Below, piece after piece: positions 32,592-41,841 of a stretch of DNA of 64,000 nt. Position numbers and translations under genes: made by a program. How positions within the stretch are numbered: the first letter of the stretch is position 1; every line of letters starts with the position of its first letter. Below the pieces are notes generated by a model. It was not told where the DNA came from. It worked only from the letters and a program-made list of their open reading frames with translations, and made no database searches. Source of the DNA: Candidatus Methylomirabilota bacterium (GTDB lineage: Bacteria; Methylomirabilota; Methylomirabilia; Rokubacteriales; CSP1-6); contig DATBJF010000060.1 in NCBI GenBank assembly GCA_036556545.1, positions 16,548 through 80,547 of the forward strand, in the 5' to 3' direction.

Positions 32592-35360
32592 ATGGCTGAG
32601 ACGCAGCATGCCACATCCCTCGACCTCAAGGATTTCTTCTCGGCCGCCGAGGCGCGAACCGATCGCTGGCGTCAGATGCACGCTGCCGCGCGCGCCTGGG
32701 AGGCCGCCGTGGCGCAGGGCAAGCTCGACGACCGCCTGCCCGCCGAGGCTCGACGTCTCCTCGCGGACATCGCGCCGCTCGAGGGGTACTGGGCGTATCC
32801 CGGTCCGCGCTTGATGGCGCTCGTCGGCGACGCCCTCGATGGTGGCAATGCCGCGGTCTTCGCTCGACTCACACAGCGGATCTCCGCGTCGCTGCTGAGC
32901 GGCACGTACCGCCACGACAGTGTGGCGTGGGATCCGCTCGACGACGCCGAGGCGCGTCTCGGTGACGTGCTGCCGCCCGACCTGCAACCGGGCGACGGGC
33001 ACCGGCCGTACTTCGAGGTGCTGGTGGTGACGCCGAGCGATCCTGCCACCTGGGAGCGCGCACGCGCCGCCGTGCGCCGCATGCGTCGCGCCGAGGACCC
33101 CTTCACCTACGAGATCGTCCAGGTCGGAAGCTTCGAGGACGGCGTGATCGGCGCGATCTTCAACACCAACGTCCAGGCGGTCGTCATCTACGACGGATTT
33201 CAGTTCCGCTCCCGCCACGACCTCCCGGTGATGCGCGAGTTCCTCTTCCGCCATCTTCGGACTGATGCCGATAGCCTGGCCCCGGGCGCGCTCGCCACCA
33301 CCCTCGCCCGTGCCGTGAAGAGCTACCGACCCGAGCTCGACGTCTTTCTCCTGACCGACCGCGCCGTCGAGCAGCTCGCGGGCAGCGCGGAGGCGGCACC
33401 GATCCGGCGCATCTTCCACAACGTCGAGGAGCTGATGGAGCTGCACCTCGGCATCCTCGACGGCGTGAACGATCGATACGAGACACCGTACTTCAACAAC
33501 CTGAAGAAGTATGCGCAGCGGCCCATCGGCACCTTCCACGCGCTCCCCATCGCCCGCGGGAAGTCGATCTTCCGGTCGAACTGGATTCGCGACATGGGGC
33601 ACTTCTACGGGACCAACCTCTTCCTGGCCGAGTCGTCGGCCACGACGGGCGGTCTCGACAGCCTGCTGGAGCCGACCGGCAACATCAAGAAAGCCCAGGA
33701 GGCGGCTGCGCGCGCCTTCGGCGCCAAGCGCGCGTACTTCGCCACCAACGGCACCTCGACCTCCAACAAGATCGTGGTGCAGGCCGTGTGCAAGCCGGGC
33801 GACATCGTCGTCGTCGACCGCAACTGTCACAAGTCGCACCACTACGGCTTCGTGCTGTCCGGGGCGCAGCCGTACTACGTCGAGGCCTTCCCGCTCACGC
33901 AGTACTCGATGTACGGCGCCGTGCCCCTGCGCACGATCAAGAAGGCGCTGCTCGATTGTCAGGCGGCCGGCACGCTCGACCGCGTGAAGGTCATCGACAT
34001 GACGAACTGCACCTTCGACGGCCACATGTACAACCCCGCCCGCGTGATGGAGGAGTGCCTGGCCATCAAGCCGGACCTGATCTTCCTCTGGGACGAGGCG
34101 TGGTTCGGCTTCGCCCGGTTCAGCCCGTTCCACCGCCGGCGCACGGCCATGGGCGCCGCGGCCGCCCTGACGGCGAAGTATCGGCATCCCGACTATCGCG
34201 CGGAGTACCAGGCGTTCGCCGAAAAGATGGGGCCGATCGATCCCAAGAACCCGCTGGTGCTCGACACACCGCTCTTGCCCGATCCGGACCGCGTGCGTAT
34301 CCGCGTGTACGAGACGAACTCCACCCACAAGTCGATGTCGGCGCTGCGCCAGGGCTCCATGATTCTCGTGTGGGACGAGGACTTCCATCACGTCGAGGGC
34401 CCCTTCGAGGAAGCGTTCTTCGCGCACACCTCGACCTCGCCCAATCTGCAGATCATCGCCTCGCTCGACGTCGCCCGGCGGCAGATGGAGCTCGAGGGCT
34501 ACGAGCTGACGATGCGCGCGACCGAGCTGGCGCTGAAGATCCGCCGCGAGGTGAACAGCCATCCGCTCATCGCCAAGTACTTCCACATCGCGACGCCGGG
34601 GGAGATGGTCCCGGTGGAGTTCCGGCCGTCGAAGATCACCGACTACGGCCGGCCGCACTCCAGCTGGAAGGACGTGATCGACGCGTGGGACAACGACGAG
34701 TTCGCGCTCGACCCCACCCGGCTCACGGTGATCTGTGGCGCGGCCGGTTTCGACGGCACGCAGTTCAAGAATCTCCTGGCCGACCGCTTCGACGTTCAGC
34801 TCAACAAGACGTCGCGCAACAGCGTGCTCATCCAGACGAACATCAACAACACGCGCAGCGACGCGGCCCTGCTGATCAAGGTGCTGGCCGATCTCTCCCG
34901 CGAGATCGAGCAGCGCCTGGCCCAGGGCGGCGCCGTCGAGCGGGCGGCCTTCGCGGCGCGCGTGAAGTCGCTGATGACCGACGTGCCCGACCTCCCGAAC
35001 TTCAGCCGCTTCCACGACGCGTTCCGGGACAACCCGCAGAGCCCGAGCAACGAGGGGCACATGCGCGCGCCGTTCTTCATGGCCTACGACGAGGCCAACT
35101 GCGAGTTCGTGAAGCTGGCCAGCCCGGAGATCGACGAGCGGCTGAAGAACGGACCCGAGATGGTCTCGGCGAACTTCGTGATCCCCTACCCGCCCGGCTT
35201 CCCGATCATGGTGCCGGGACAGGTGATCACGGCGGAGACGATCACGTTCATGCGCAAGCTCGACGTCAAGGAAATCCACGGCTATCACGCGGCCCAGGGC
35301 CTGAAGCTCATCACGCCGGCCGCGCTGGCCAATCGCCGGGCGCCGGGCCGCGACGCCTGA
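32592..35360 (+). CDS. Orn/Lys/Arg decarboxylase, large (fold-type I, OKR_DC_1) form
   Basis: PLP-lysine motif YETNSTHKSMSAL. Major domain (ATNGTSTSNKIVVQAV...VVVDRNCHKSHHYG). C-terminal domain (VIPYPPGFPIMVPGQ). AGGAG 7 nt before ATG 32592. Confidence 0.9.
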   Translation: MAETQHATSLDLKDFFSAAEARTDRWRQMHAAARAWEAAVAQGKLDDRLPAEARRLLADIAPLEGYWAYPGPRLMALVGDALDGGNAAVFARLTQRISASLLSGTYRHDSVAWDPLDDAEARLGDVLPPDLQPGDGHRPYFEVLVVTPSDPATWERARAAVRRMRRAEDPFTYEIVQVGSFEDGVIGAIFNTNVQAVVIYDGFQFRSRHDLPVMREFLFRHLRTDADSLAPGALATTLARAVKSYRPELDVFLLTDRAVEQLAGSAEAAPIRRIFHNVEELMELHLGILDGVNDRYETPYFNNLKKYAQRPIGTFHALPIARGKSIFRSNWIRDMGHFYGTNLFLAESSATTGGLDSLLEPTGNIKKAQEAAARAFGAKRAYFATNGTSTSNKIVVQAVCKPGDIVVVDRNCHKSHHYGFVLSGAQPYYVEAFPLTQYSMYGAVPLRTIKKALLDCQAAGTLDRVKVIDMTNCTFDGHMYNPARVMEECLAIKPDLIFLWDEAWFGFARFSPFHRRRTAMGAAAALTAKYRHPDYRAEYQAFAEKMGPIDPKNPLVLDTPLLPDPDRVRIRVYETNSTHKSMSALRQGSMILVWDEDFHHVEGPFEEAFFAHTSTSPNLQIIASLDVARRQMELEGYELTMRATELALKIRREVNSHPLIAKYFHIATPGEMVPVEFRPSKITDYGRPHSSWKDVIDAWDNDEFALDPTRLTVICGAAGFDGTQFKNLLADRFDVQLNKTSRNSVLIQTNINNTRSDAALLIKVLADLSREIEQRLAQGGAVERAAFAARVKSLMTDVPDLPNFSRFHDAFRDNPQSPSNEGHMRAPFFMAYDEANCEFVKLASPEIDERLKNGPEMVSANFVIPYPPGFPIMVPGQVITAETITFMRKLDVKEIHGYHAAQGLKLITPAALANRRAPGRDA

Positions 35361-35376
35361 CGGCGGGGAGACGACG

Positions 35377-37089
35377 ATGCACGACGTATTCGAGTTCCTC
35401 CGGGCGAACCCGTTCCTGCTGCTCTTCGTCACGCTGGCCTTGTCGGTCTGGATCGGGCGCTTCTCCGTGAAGGGATACGGGCTCGGCATGGTGGCGGCCG
35501 CGGTCGTCGTCGGGGTCGCGCTGGCCACGTGGGCGTCGACCTACGGCGTGAAGCTGGAGCTCGACAACTTTGCGAAGTCCCTCATGTACTACCTGTTCAT
35601 GTACGGCGTCGGCCTCCGGGTCGGCCCGTCGTTCTTCAACAGCCTGAAGAAGGACGGTCTCACCTTCACCATCCTGGCCGTCGTGTGCAGCGTGGTGGGC
35701 CTGGGCCTCGTCGTCGTCCTGAGTCGCCTGTTCGGGCTGCCGGCGGGCGCCGCCGGCGGCGTGCTCGCCGGCTCGCAGACGATGTCGGCGGCGATCGGCA
35801 CGGCCGAGATGGCGATCAGTCAGGGGGCATACAAGGTCCCGGAGGGATCCACCGCCGAGGCCGTCACGGCGATAATCGCGCTCGGCTACGGCATCACGTA
35901 CATCTGGGGCACGGTCGGCATCATCCTCGTCTGCAAGTACCTGCCGCGGTGGTGGGGCGTCGACGCCCGCGAGGCCGCGCGGAAGTACGAGAGCGACTTC
36001 GGCGTCGCCAACGTGGACGATGCCGGGATCACCGGCTATCGGCCGGCCGGGCTTCGCGCCTACCGGCTCGAGAATCCCCAGCTGGCGGGCAAGTCGGTCG
36101 CCACCTTCCGGCTCGAGCATCCCGAGTACCGCGTCCTCAACGTCGTGCGCGGTGAGACGGTGCTCGGCGCCGATCCCGGGACCGTGCTGGAGAAGGGCGA
36201 CGTGATCGCGCTCGGCGGCCGGCTCGAGGCGCTCACGGCGAAGATGGGTCTGATCGGTCCGGAGGTCGCCGACGCGAAGGCGCTCAACATTCCGCTCGAC
36301 CAGGCCGAGATCCTGGTCGTGGGCAAGCAGGTCGTGGACAAGCCCGTGCGCGAGCTGCAGGCGCTCTTCGGCCAGGCCGATTTCGCCGGCCAGGTGCAGG
36401 TCACGCGCCTGGAGCGCGGCGGCGTTCCCATCCCCGTCGGACTCGACACCACGCTGCAGAAGCTCGACGTGATCTTCCTGGTCGGCCTGAAGTCGGCCGT
36501 CGACAAGGCCGCGGCCATCTTCGGCAAGGTGGCGCGGCCGAGCACGGCCACCGACCTGTTGACGCTGTCGGTCGGCATGATCATCGGACTCCTGATCGGC
36601 CAGATCAACGTGCCCGTGGCCGGATTCTCGGTCGGGCTCGGCAACGCCGGCGGCCTGCTGCTCTCGGGCATCTTCGTCTCGTCGGCGGTGTCACGCCTGC
36701 GCTTCTTCGGCAGCACGCCGAACGCCGCGCGCAACGTCCTCGAGGACCTCGGGCTGGTGACCTTCGTCGGCATCGTGGGCATCAACGCCGGCGCCTCGCT
36801 CCTGGCCCAGCTCACGGGCGCCATCGCCGTCAAGATCTTCGTGGTCGGCTTCCTCGCGTCGACTATTCCTCCCTTCCTCACGTGGGCGCTCGGGTATCAC
36901 CTGTTCAAGATCAACCCCGCCGTGCTGATGGGCGGCGTGGCAGGCGCCCGCTCGCACTCCGGGCCCTGCCGCGAGGCGGCCAAGGAAATCGGCAGCTCGG
37001 TGCCGTGGGTCGGCTTCCCGGTCGGCTATGCCGTCTCCGGCGTGCTGCTCACCGTCTTCGGCTACTTCGCGATGGTGCTCTCGCAATGA
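35377..37089 (+). CDS. AspT/YidE/YbjL-family (aspartate:alanine exchanger family) transporter
   Basis: Duplicated membrane domains flank two TrkA-C/RCK_C-like segments (RVLNVVRGETVLGADPGTVLEKGDVIALGG; VQVTRLERGGVPIPVGLDTTLQKLDVIFLVG). Starts 16 nt after the decarboxylase stop. Confidence 0.85.
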   Translation: MHDVFEFLRANPFLLLFVTLALSVWIGRFSVKGYGLGMVAAAVVVGVALATWASTYGVKLELDNFAKSLMYYLFMYGVGLRVGPSFFNSLKKDGLTFTILAVVCSVVGLGLVVVLSRLFGLPAGAAGGVLAGSQTMSAAIGTAEMAISQGAYKVPEGSTAEAVTAIIALGYGITYIWGTVGIILVCKYLPRWWGVDAREAARKYESDFGVANVDDAGITGYRPAGLRAYRLENPQLAGKSVATFRLEHPEYRVLNVVRGETVLGADPGTVLEKGDVIALGGRLEALTAKMGLIGPEVADAKALNIPLDQAEILVVGKQVVDKPVRELQALFGQADFAGQVQVTRLERGGVPIPVGLDTTLQKLDVIFLVGLKSAVDKAAAIFGKVARPSTATDLLTLSVGMIIGLLIGQINVPVAGFSVGLGNAGGLLLSGIFVSSAVSRLRFFGSTPNAARNVLEDLGLVTFVGIVGINAGASLLAQLTGAIAVKIFVVGFLASTIPPFLTWALGYHLFKINPAVLMGGVAGARSHSGPCREAAKEIGSSVPWVGFPVGYAVSGVLLTVFGYFAMVLSQ

Positions 37090-38492
37090 CGTTCGTCGCC
37101 GCGCTCGCCGTCGCGGTGGTGCTCGTCATGCCGGCGCTGGTCGCGGCCCAGCCGCCGCCCGGCGCCGCCCAGCCGGCGGCCCCGCCGCAAGAGGCGGGCC
37201 CGCCGACAGACTCGGCGGCACGGCCGGAGGATCCTGGGCAACGGGCGGACGTCAGCATCGGGGCGCCCGACACGGCGCTGTTCCCGCCTCAGATGGGATT
37301 GCTGGAAACCACGTTCCCCCGCCTGCGGGAAGGGATGAGCACGCTGCCGCCGTTCATCCGTGACACCGACCTCAACGTCCGGTTCCGTACGTTCTATTTC
37401 AACCGGCAGAGCGACGACGACACGGCCCTCGAGGCGTGGGCCGCCGGCGGCTGGATCCAGTACGTGTCGGGCTGGCTGGCAGATACGTTCGCGGTCGGTA
37501 CGACGTACTACACGTCGCAACCGCTCTATGCTCCCGACGACCGCGCCGGAACGCTGCTGCTCACGCCCGGCCGGGACGCCATCGGCGTCTTCGGCGAGGC
37601 GTGGGGCGCCCTTCGCTACAAGGAGTACGCGCTGCTCAAGGCCTACCGCCAGCGCATCGACGACGGCTACGTCAACTCCCAGGACAACCGGATGGTCCCG
37701 AACACGTTCCAGGCCATCACGCTGTCGGGCACGTTCGACTGGCTCCGCTACAACGCCGGGTACGTCGAGGACATCAAGCCGCGGGACTCGAACGATTTCA
37801 TTCCCATGTCGCGACAGGCGGGAGCCCGCGGCGCCGGTGAGGGCCTGGTCCTCGGCTCGCTGTCGGTGGCGCCGATCAAGGATCTGCTCCTCTACGCCGG
37901 GACGTTCTACGGACAGGAAACCTTCAACACCGTGTTCGGCAAGGCGGAGTACTTGCACACCGTCACGCCCGACCTGAAGCTGCAGTTCGGCGTGCAGTAC
38001 ACCGACCAGCGCTCGGTCGGCGACGCGCGGCTGGGCGACTTCAACACGTGGAACGTCGGCGCCGGGACCCGGCTGCTGTGGCGAGGGTTGACCGTAGGCG
38101 CCGCCACGCACTTCACGAGCGACAACGAGTCGATCCGCTCGCCGTGGGGCTCGTGGCCCGGCTATCTCTCGCTGCAGGTGACAGACTTCAATCGAGCCCA
38201 GGAGAAGGCGTTCGGCTTCGGCGTCAAGTACGACTTCGGCGGCACCCTCCTGCCGTTCCAGCTGCCCGGTTTGACCGTGCACCTGCTCTACGGCCAGGGC
38301 AACGACCGCATCGACCCCGGCAACGGCCGCCACCAGCCAACGACCCGCGAAGGGAACCTGGACATCACCTACAACGTCCCCGCCGTCAAGGGTCTGTCGC
38401 TGCGCTTCCGCAACGCGTATGTGGGCCGCGGCAACTCCGACGAGCTGCAGGAGTTCCGCCTGATCGTCAACTACGAGCTCGATCTGCTCTGA
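37086..38492 (+). CDS. OprD/Occ-family outer-membrane porin
   Basis: ATG overlaps the upstream TGA (ATGA). Signal peptide MTFVAALAVAVVLVMPALVAAQ. NVRFRTFYFNRQ and alternating beta-strand pattern. Aromatic/hydrophobic C-terminus FRLIVNYELDLL. Confidence 0.8.
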   Translation: MTFVAALAVAVVLVMPALVAAQPPPGAAQPAAPPQEAGPPTDSAARPEDPGQRADVSIGAPDTALFPPQMGLLETTFPRLREGMSTLPPFIRDTDLNVRFRTFYFNRQSDDDTALEAWAAGGWIQYVSGWLADTFAVGTTYYTSQPLYAPDDRAGTLLLTPGRDAIGVFGEAWGALRYKEYALLKAYRQRIDDGYVNSQDNRMVPNTFQAITLSGTFDWLRYNAGYVEDIKPRDSNDFIPMSRQAGARGAGEGLVLGSLSVAPIKDLLLYAGTFYGQETFNTVFGKAEYLHTVTPDLKLQFGVQYTDQRSVGDARLGDFNTWNVGAGTRLLWRGLTVGAATHFTSDNESIRSPWGSWPGYLSLQVTDFNRAQEKAFGFGVKYDFGGTLLPFQLPGLTVHLLYGQGNDRIDPGNGRHQPTTREGNLDITYNVPAVKGLSLRFRNAYVGRGNSDELQEFRLIVNYELDLL

Positions 38493-38518
38493 GCGGAGCC
38501 GGAGAAGGACAAGCAGAA

Positions 38519-39310
38519 GTGACGGAGCGCCGGACGGACGAGCTGCGACCGGTGCTGCAGGGCCAGCGCGCGCTCGTGGTCGGCATCGCCAACGAGCAGT
38601 CGATCGCCTACGGCTGCGCGACCGCCTTCCGGCGGCTGGGGGCCGAGCTGGCCATCACCTATCTCAACGAGCGGGCGAAGCCCTACGTCAAGCCGCTCGC
38701 CGACGCGCTGTCCGCGTCGCTCCTGCTGGCGCTCGACGTCTCCGTGCCCGGCCAGCTCGAGGCGACGTTCGACGCCGTCGCCAAGGAGTGGGGACGGCTC
38801 GACATCCTCCTCCACTCCATCGCCTACGCGCCGAAGCAAGACCTGCAAGGCGGGCTGCTCGACTGCTCCGCCGAGGGCTTTCGCACGGCCATGGACGTCT
38901 CCTGCCACTCGTTCGTGCGGATGGCGAAGCTGGCGGCACCGCTCATGACCGAGGGCGGCACCATGCTGGCCATGAGCTACCACGGCGCCCAGAAGGTCGT
39001 GCCGAACTACAACGTGATGGGGCCCGTCAAGGCGGCGCTGGAGGCCGCGTGCCGCTACCTCGCCTACGAGCTCGGGCCCAGGCACATCCGCGTCCACGCG
39101 GTGTCGCCGGGGCCATTGAAGACACGTGCCGCCGCTGGGCTGAAGGACTTCGACCTGATCCTGAACCAGGCGATGCAGCGGGCGCCGCTCGGCGACCTCG
39201 TCGATATCGAAGACGTCGGCTTCGCCTGCGCCTACCTCGCCACGCCGCTCGCGCGGCGTCTCACCGGCACCACGATGTACGTCGACGGCGGCGTGAACAT
39301 CATGGCCTGA
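38519..39310 (+). CDS. fabI: Enoyl-[acyl-carrier-protein] reductase (NADH), FabI
   Basis: VVGIANEQSIAYGCATAFRRLGAELAITY. Catalytic region SYHGAQKVVPNYNVMGPVKAALEA. VHAVSPGPLKTRAA. GTG start with GGAGAAGGA upstream. Confidence 0.9.
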   Translation: MTERRTDELRPVLQGQRALVVGIANEQSIAYGCATAFRRLGAELAITYLNERAKPYVKPLADALSASLLLALDVSVPGQLEATFDAVAKEWGRLDILLHSIAYAPKQDLQGGLLDCSAEGFRTAMDVSCHSFVRMAKLAAPLMTEGGTMLAMSYHGAQKVVPNYNVMGPVKAALEAACRYLAYELGPRHIRVHAVSPGPLKTRAAAGLKDFDLILNQAMQRAPLGDLVDIEDVGFACAYLATPLARRLTGTTMYVDGGVNIMA

Positions 39311-39312
39311 CC

Positions 39313-39328
39313 CGTTCCAACCGGAACG
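39313..39328. terminator. Short hairpin between convergent genes (CGTTCC-AACC-GGAACG)
   Basis: Read directly. 6-bp stem and 4-nt loop in the 25-nt gap between fabI and gene 39336-39632. No U-tract. Confidence 0.25.
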
Positions 39329-39335
39329 CGTCCGC

Positions 39336-39632
39336 TCAGCGGCCGCGCAGCGGCTCGCCGTCGATGTCGATGAAGACGAGCGGCTGACGGCGGTCGCTGA
39401 CAACCCAGACGGCCGAGGCGACGTGGCCGGTGGCGCGGTTCAGTCCCTGCCACACGCCGTTGCGCGCATGATGGCGGGGATCCCGCGCCTCCTCGCGCTT
39501 GCATTCCTCGAACCCGTCACGCGCGAGCGCGTGCACGACGTCGTCCGCCTCCGCCAACCAGCCGTCGGCGGCGCCGATCCAGCGCATTTTCCCGGCCGCG
39601 CACAGGGCGTTCAGGCTCTCGATGGAGTCCAT
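39336..39632 (-). CDS. Hypothetical protein (98 aa)
   Basis: ATG 39632 preceded by AAGGAG at 7-nt spacing. Last gene of the DUF3141-pta-ackA operon. No recognisable motif. Confidence 0.55.
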   Translation of the reverse strand: MDSIESLNALCAAGKMRWIGAADGWLAEADDVVHALARDGFEECKREEARDPRHHARNGVWQGLNRATGHVASAVWVVSDRRQPLVFIDIDGEPLRGR

Positions 39633-39676
39633 CGGAGCACTCCTTTCCGACCCGACCTCCGCGCCGTGCGTCGCTT

Positions 39677-40888
39677 TCAGGTGCCTGCGCGCGCCGTGGC
39701 GCCCGTGTGCGCGCGCCACAGCTTCACCGTATGCGTGGCGATCATCCGCTCCTCGTCGGTCGGAATGACCCACGCGGAGACCCGTGAGCCAGGCGCGGAG
39801 ATCAGCGGTCCGCCGGTGTCGTTGGCCACGTCGTCGAGCCGAAGTCCGAGCCAGGCCGTGCGCCGGCAGATCCGCGCGCGGATCTCCGGCGAGTTCTCGC
39901 CGATGCCGGCGGTGAAGACCACGGCGTCGATGCCGTCCATCGCCGCCGCCAGCGAGCCGAGCTCTCGCGTCACGCGATAGACGAAGTAGTCGAGCGCCAG
40001 ACGCGCGCGGGGATCGGCGCTGGTCAGCAGGTCGCGGACGTCGTTGCTGATCCCGGAGAGACCGCGCAGCCCGGCCCGCTGGTAGAGCAGCTGCTCGATC
40101 TCGTACCCGCTGAGGCCTTTCTCCGTCAGCAGATACAGCACGACGCCGGGATCGAGCTGACCACAGCGAGTCCCCATCGGCAGCCCGTCGAGCGCCGTGA
40201 AGCCCATCGTGCTGTCGACGCTGCGCCCGTTCTTGACGGCGCACATGCTCGCGCCGCTCCCGAGGTGACACACGACCACGGCCCCGGCGGCGATCTCCGG
40301 GGCCACCAGCGGGAGGCGCCCGACGACGTACTCGTAGGAGAGCCCGTGGAAGCCATAGCGGCGGATGCCGTCCTGATACAGCTCGTCGGGCAGCGCGTAG
40401 CGATCGGCGACCTCGGCGTGGCCGCGATGGAACGCCGTGTCGAAGCAGGCCACCTGCAGCGTCCCGGGGAATCGCTCGGCGAGCGTGCGCATCGGCCGCA
40501 GATGATGCGGCTGGTGGAGCGGGGCGAGCGGGATGAACTGCTCGAGGCCCTTCAGCACCGACTCATCGACGACCACCGGCGCCGCGTAGATCGGACCGCC
40601 GTGCGCCACGCGGTGGCCGACGGCCACGAGCCCGGCATCGGCGTACCGCTCGCGGAGCCAGGCTCCGACCCGCGTGGTGGCCGCGGCCAGGTCGGGCGTC
40701 TCGGCCTGCGTGAAGCTCTTGTCGACGAGCACGGCGCCGCGGTCGTCGCGTGCGCGCAGGCGCGGCCGCGAGCCGATGCCGTCGAGCTGGCCCCTGGACA
40801 TCAGGAACAGCGCGTCGCCGGCCCCGACGACGTACACGTTGAACTTGAGACTCGACGACCCGGCGTTGATGACGAGGAAAACGTCCAT
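39677..40888 (-). CDS. ackA: Acetate kinase
   Basis: MDVFLVINAGSSSLKF, GHRVAHGG, GFHGLSYEY, HLGSGASMCAV, FTAGIGENS. Confidence 0.95.
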   Translation of the reverse strand: MDVFLVINAGSSSLKFNVYVVGAGDALFLMSRGQLDGIGSRPRLRARDDRGAVLVDKSFTQAETPDLAAATTRVGAWLRERYADAGLVAVGHRVAHGGPIYAAPVVVDESVLKGLEQFIPLAPLHQPHHLRPMRTLAERFPGTLQVACFDTAFHRGHAEVADRYALPDELYQDGIRRYGFHGLSYEYVVGRLPLVAPEIAAGAVVVCHLGSGASMCAVKNGRSVDSTMGFTALDGLPMGTRCGQLDPGVVLYLLTEKGLSGYEIEQLLYQRAGLRGLSGISNDVRDLLTSADPRARLALDYFVYRVTRELGSLAAAMDGIDAVVFTAGIGENSPEIRARICRRTAWLGLRLDDVANDTGGPLISAPGSRVSAWVIPTDEERMIATHTVKLWRAHTGATARAGT

Positions 40889-40896
40889 GGCCTTCC

Positions 40897-41841
40897 CTAG
40901 GCCGCCACCGGGTTCTGCGCGCGGCGGGCATGTGCGTAGAGGGCCGCCACCGCGCACGAGGCCATCCGGGTACGCTCGTTGTCGGCGCGGCTGGTAAGGA
41001 TGACCGGCGCCCGTGCGCCGAGGACGATGCCGGCGGCGTCGGCCCGCGCCATGAACGTCAGATTCTTCGCGAGCATGTTGCCGGCCTCCAGATCGGGAAC
41101 GACGAGGATGTCGGCGTCGCCGGCCACCAGCGACGTGATGTGCTTGATCCGCGCGGCTTCGGCGCTGATGGCGTTGTCGAAGGCCAGCGGTCCGTCGAGG
41201 AGGGCGCCGGTGATCTGGCCGCGGTCGGCCATCTTGCACAGGGCGGCCGCCTCGATCGTCGAAGGGATCTTGGCGGTGACCGTCTCCACCGCGGACAGGA
41301 TCGCCACCTTCGGCTGCTGGATGTGCAGCGCATGAGCCAGGTCGACGGCGTTCTGGATGATGTCGCGCTTGTCGTCGAGCGTCGGGGCGATGTTCACGGC
41401 GGCATCGGTGACCATGAGCGGCTTGTGGTACGTCGGGACGTCCATCACGAACACGTGACTCACGCGTCGCGCGGTGCGCAGGCCGCCGTCCCGCTTCACC
41501 ACCTCGGCCATCAGCTCGTCGGTATGAAGGCTCCCCTTCATCAGGAGCTCGGCGCGGCCGAGGCGCACGAGCTCGACGGCCCGCGCCGCGGCCGCGTGGC
41601 TGTGCGGCACGTCGACGATCTCGTAGCGCTCGACGTCGATCGACAGGTCCTTGGCCACGCGGCGGATGCGCTCGGCCGGACCGCAGAGGATCGGCTCGAT
41701 GATCCCTGCCCGGGCCGCCTCGATCACCGCGGAGAGGGCCGACTGGTCACAGGGGTGGGCGACCGCCGTGGCGACCGCCGGGACCTCCTTGCACCGAGCC
41801 AGCAGCTGCTCGTACTTTCCGGTGCCCCGCGCCTCTGTCAT
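40897..41841 (-). CDS. pta: Phosphate acetyl/butyryl-transferase (short PTA_PTB form)
   Basis: 314-aa PTA_PTB domain (AVAHPCD...LMKGSLHTDELM...AILSAVE...DGPLAFDNA...VVPDLEAGNMLAK). ATG overlaps the upstream TGA (ATGA). Confidence 0.85.
   Translation of the reverse strand: MTEARGTGKYEQLLARCKEVPAVATAVAHPCDQSALSAVIEAARAGIIEPILCGPAERIRRVAKDLSIDVERYEIVDVPHSHAAAARAVELVRLGRAELLMKGSLHTDELMAEVVKRDGGLRTARRVSHVFVMDVPTYHKPLMVTDAAVNIAPTLDDKRDIIQNAVDLAHALHIQQPKVAILSAVETVTAKIPSTIEAAALCKMADRGQITGALLDGPLAFDNAISAEAARIKHITSLVAGDADILVVPDLEAGNMLAKNLTFMARADAAGIVLGARAPVILTSRADNERTRMASCAVAALYAHARRAQNPVAA

Noticed and set aside
32571-35528. 985-aa minus-strand ORF antisense to the decarboxylase gene. Similar very long shadow ORFs occur elsewhere, e.g. 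28603-31230 (-), 46738-49977 (+), 53101-55497 (+), 42477-45383 (+), 15116-17527 (+), 10511-12376 (+) and 1829-3355 (+).
   Set aside because: They mirror genes with clear domain content on the other strand. They are dominated by Arg/Gly/Asp/His/Pro runs with no recognisable motifs. This is the usual stop-codon-poor antisense frame of very GC-rich DNA.
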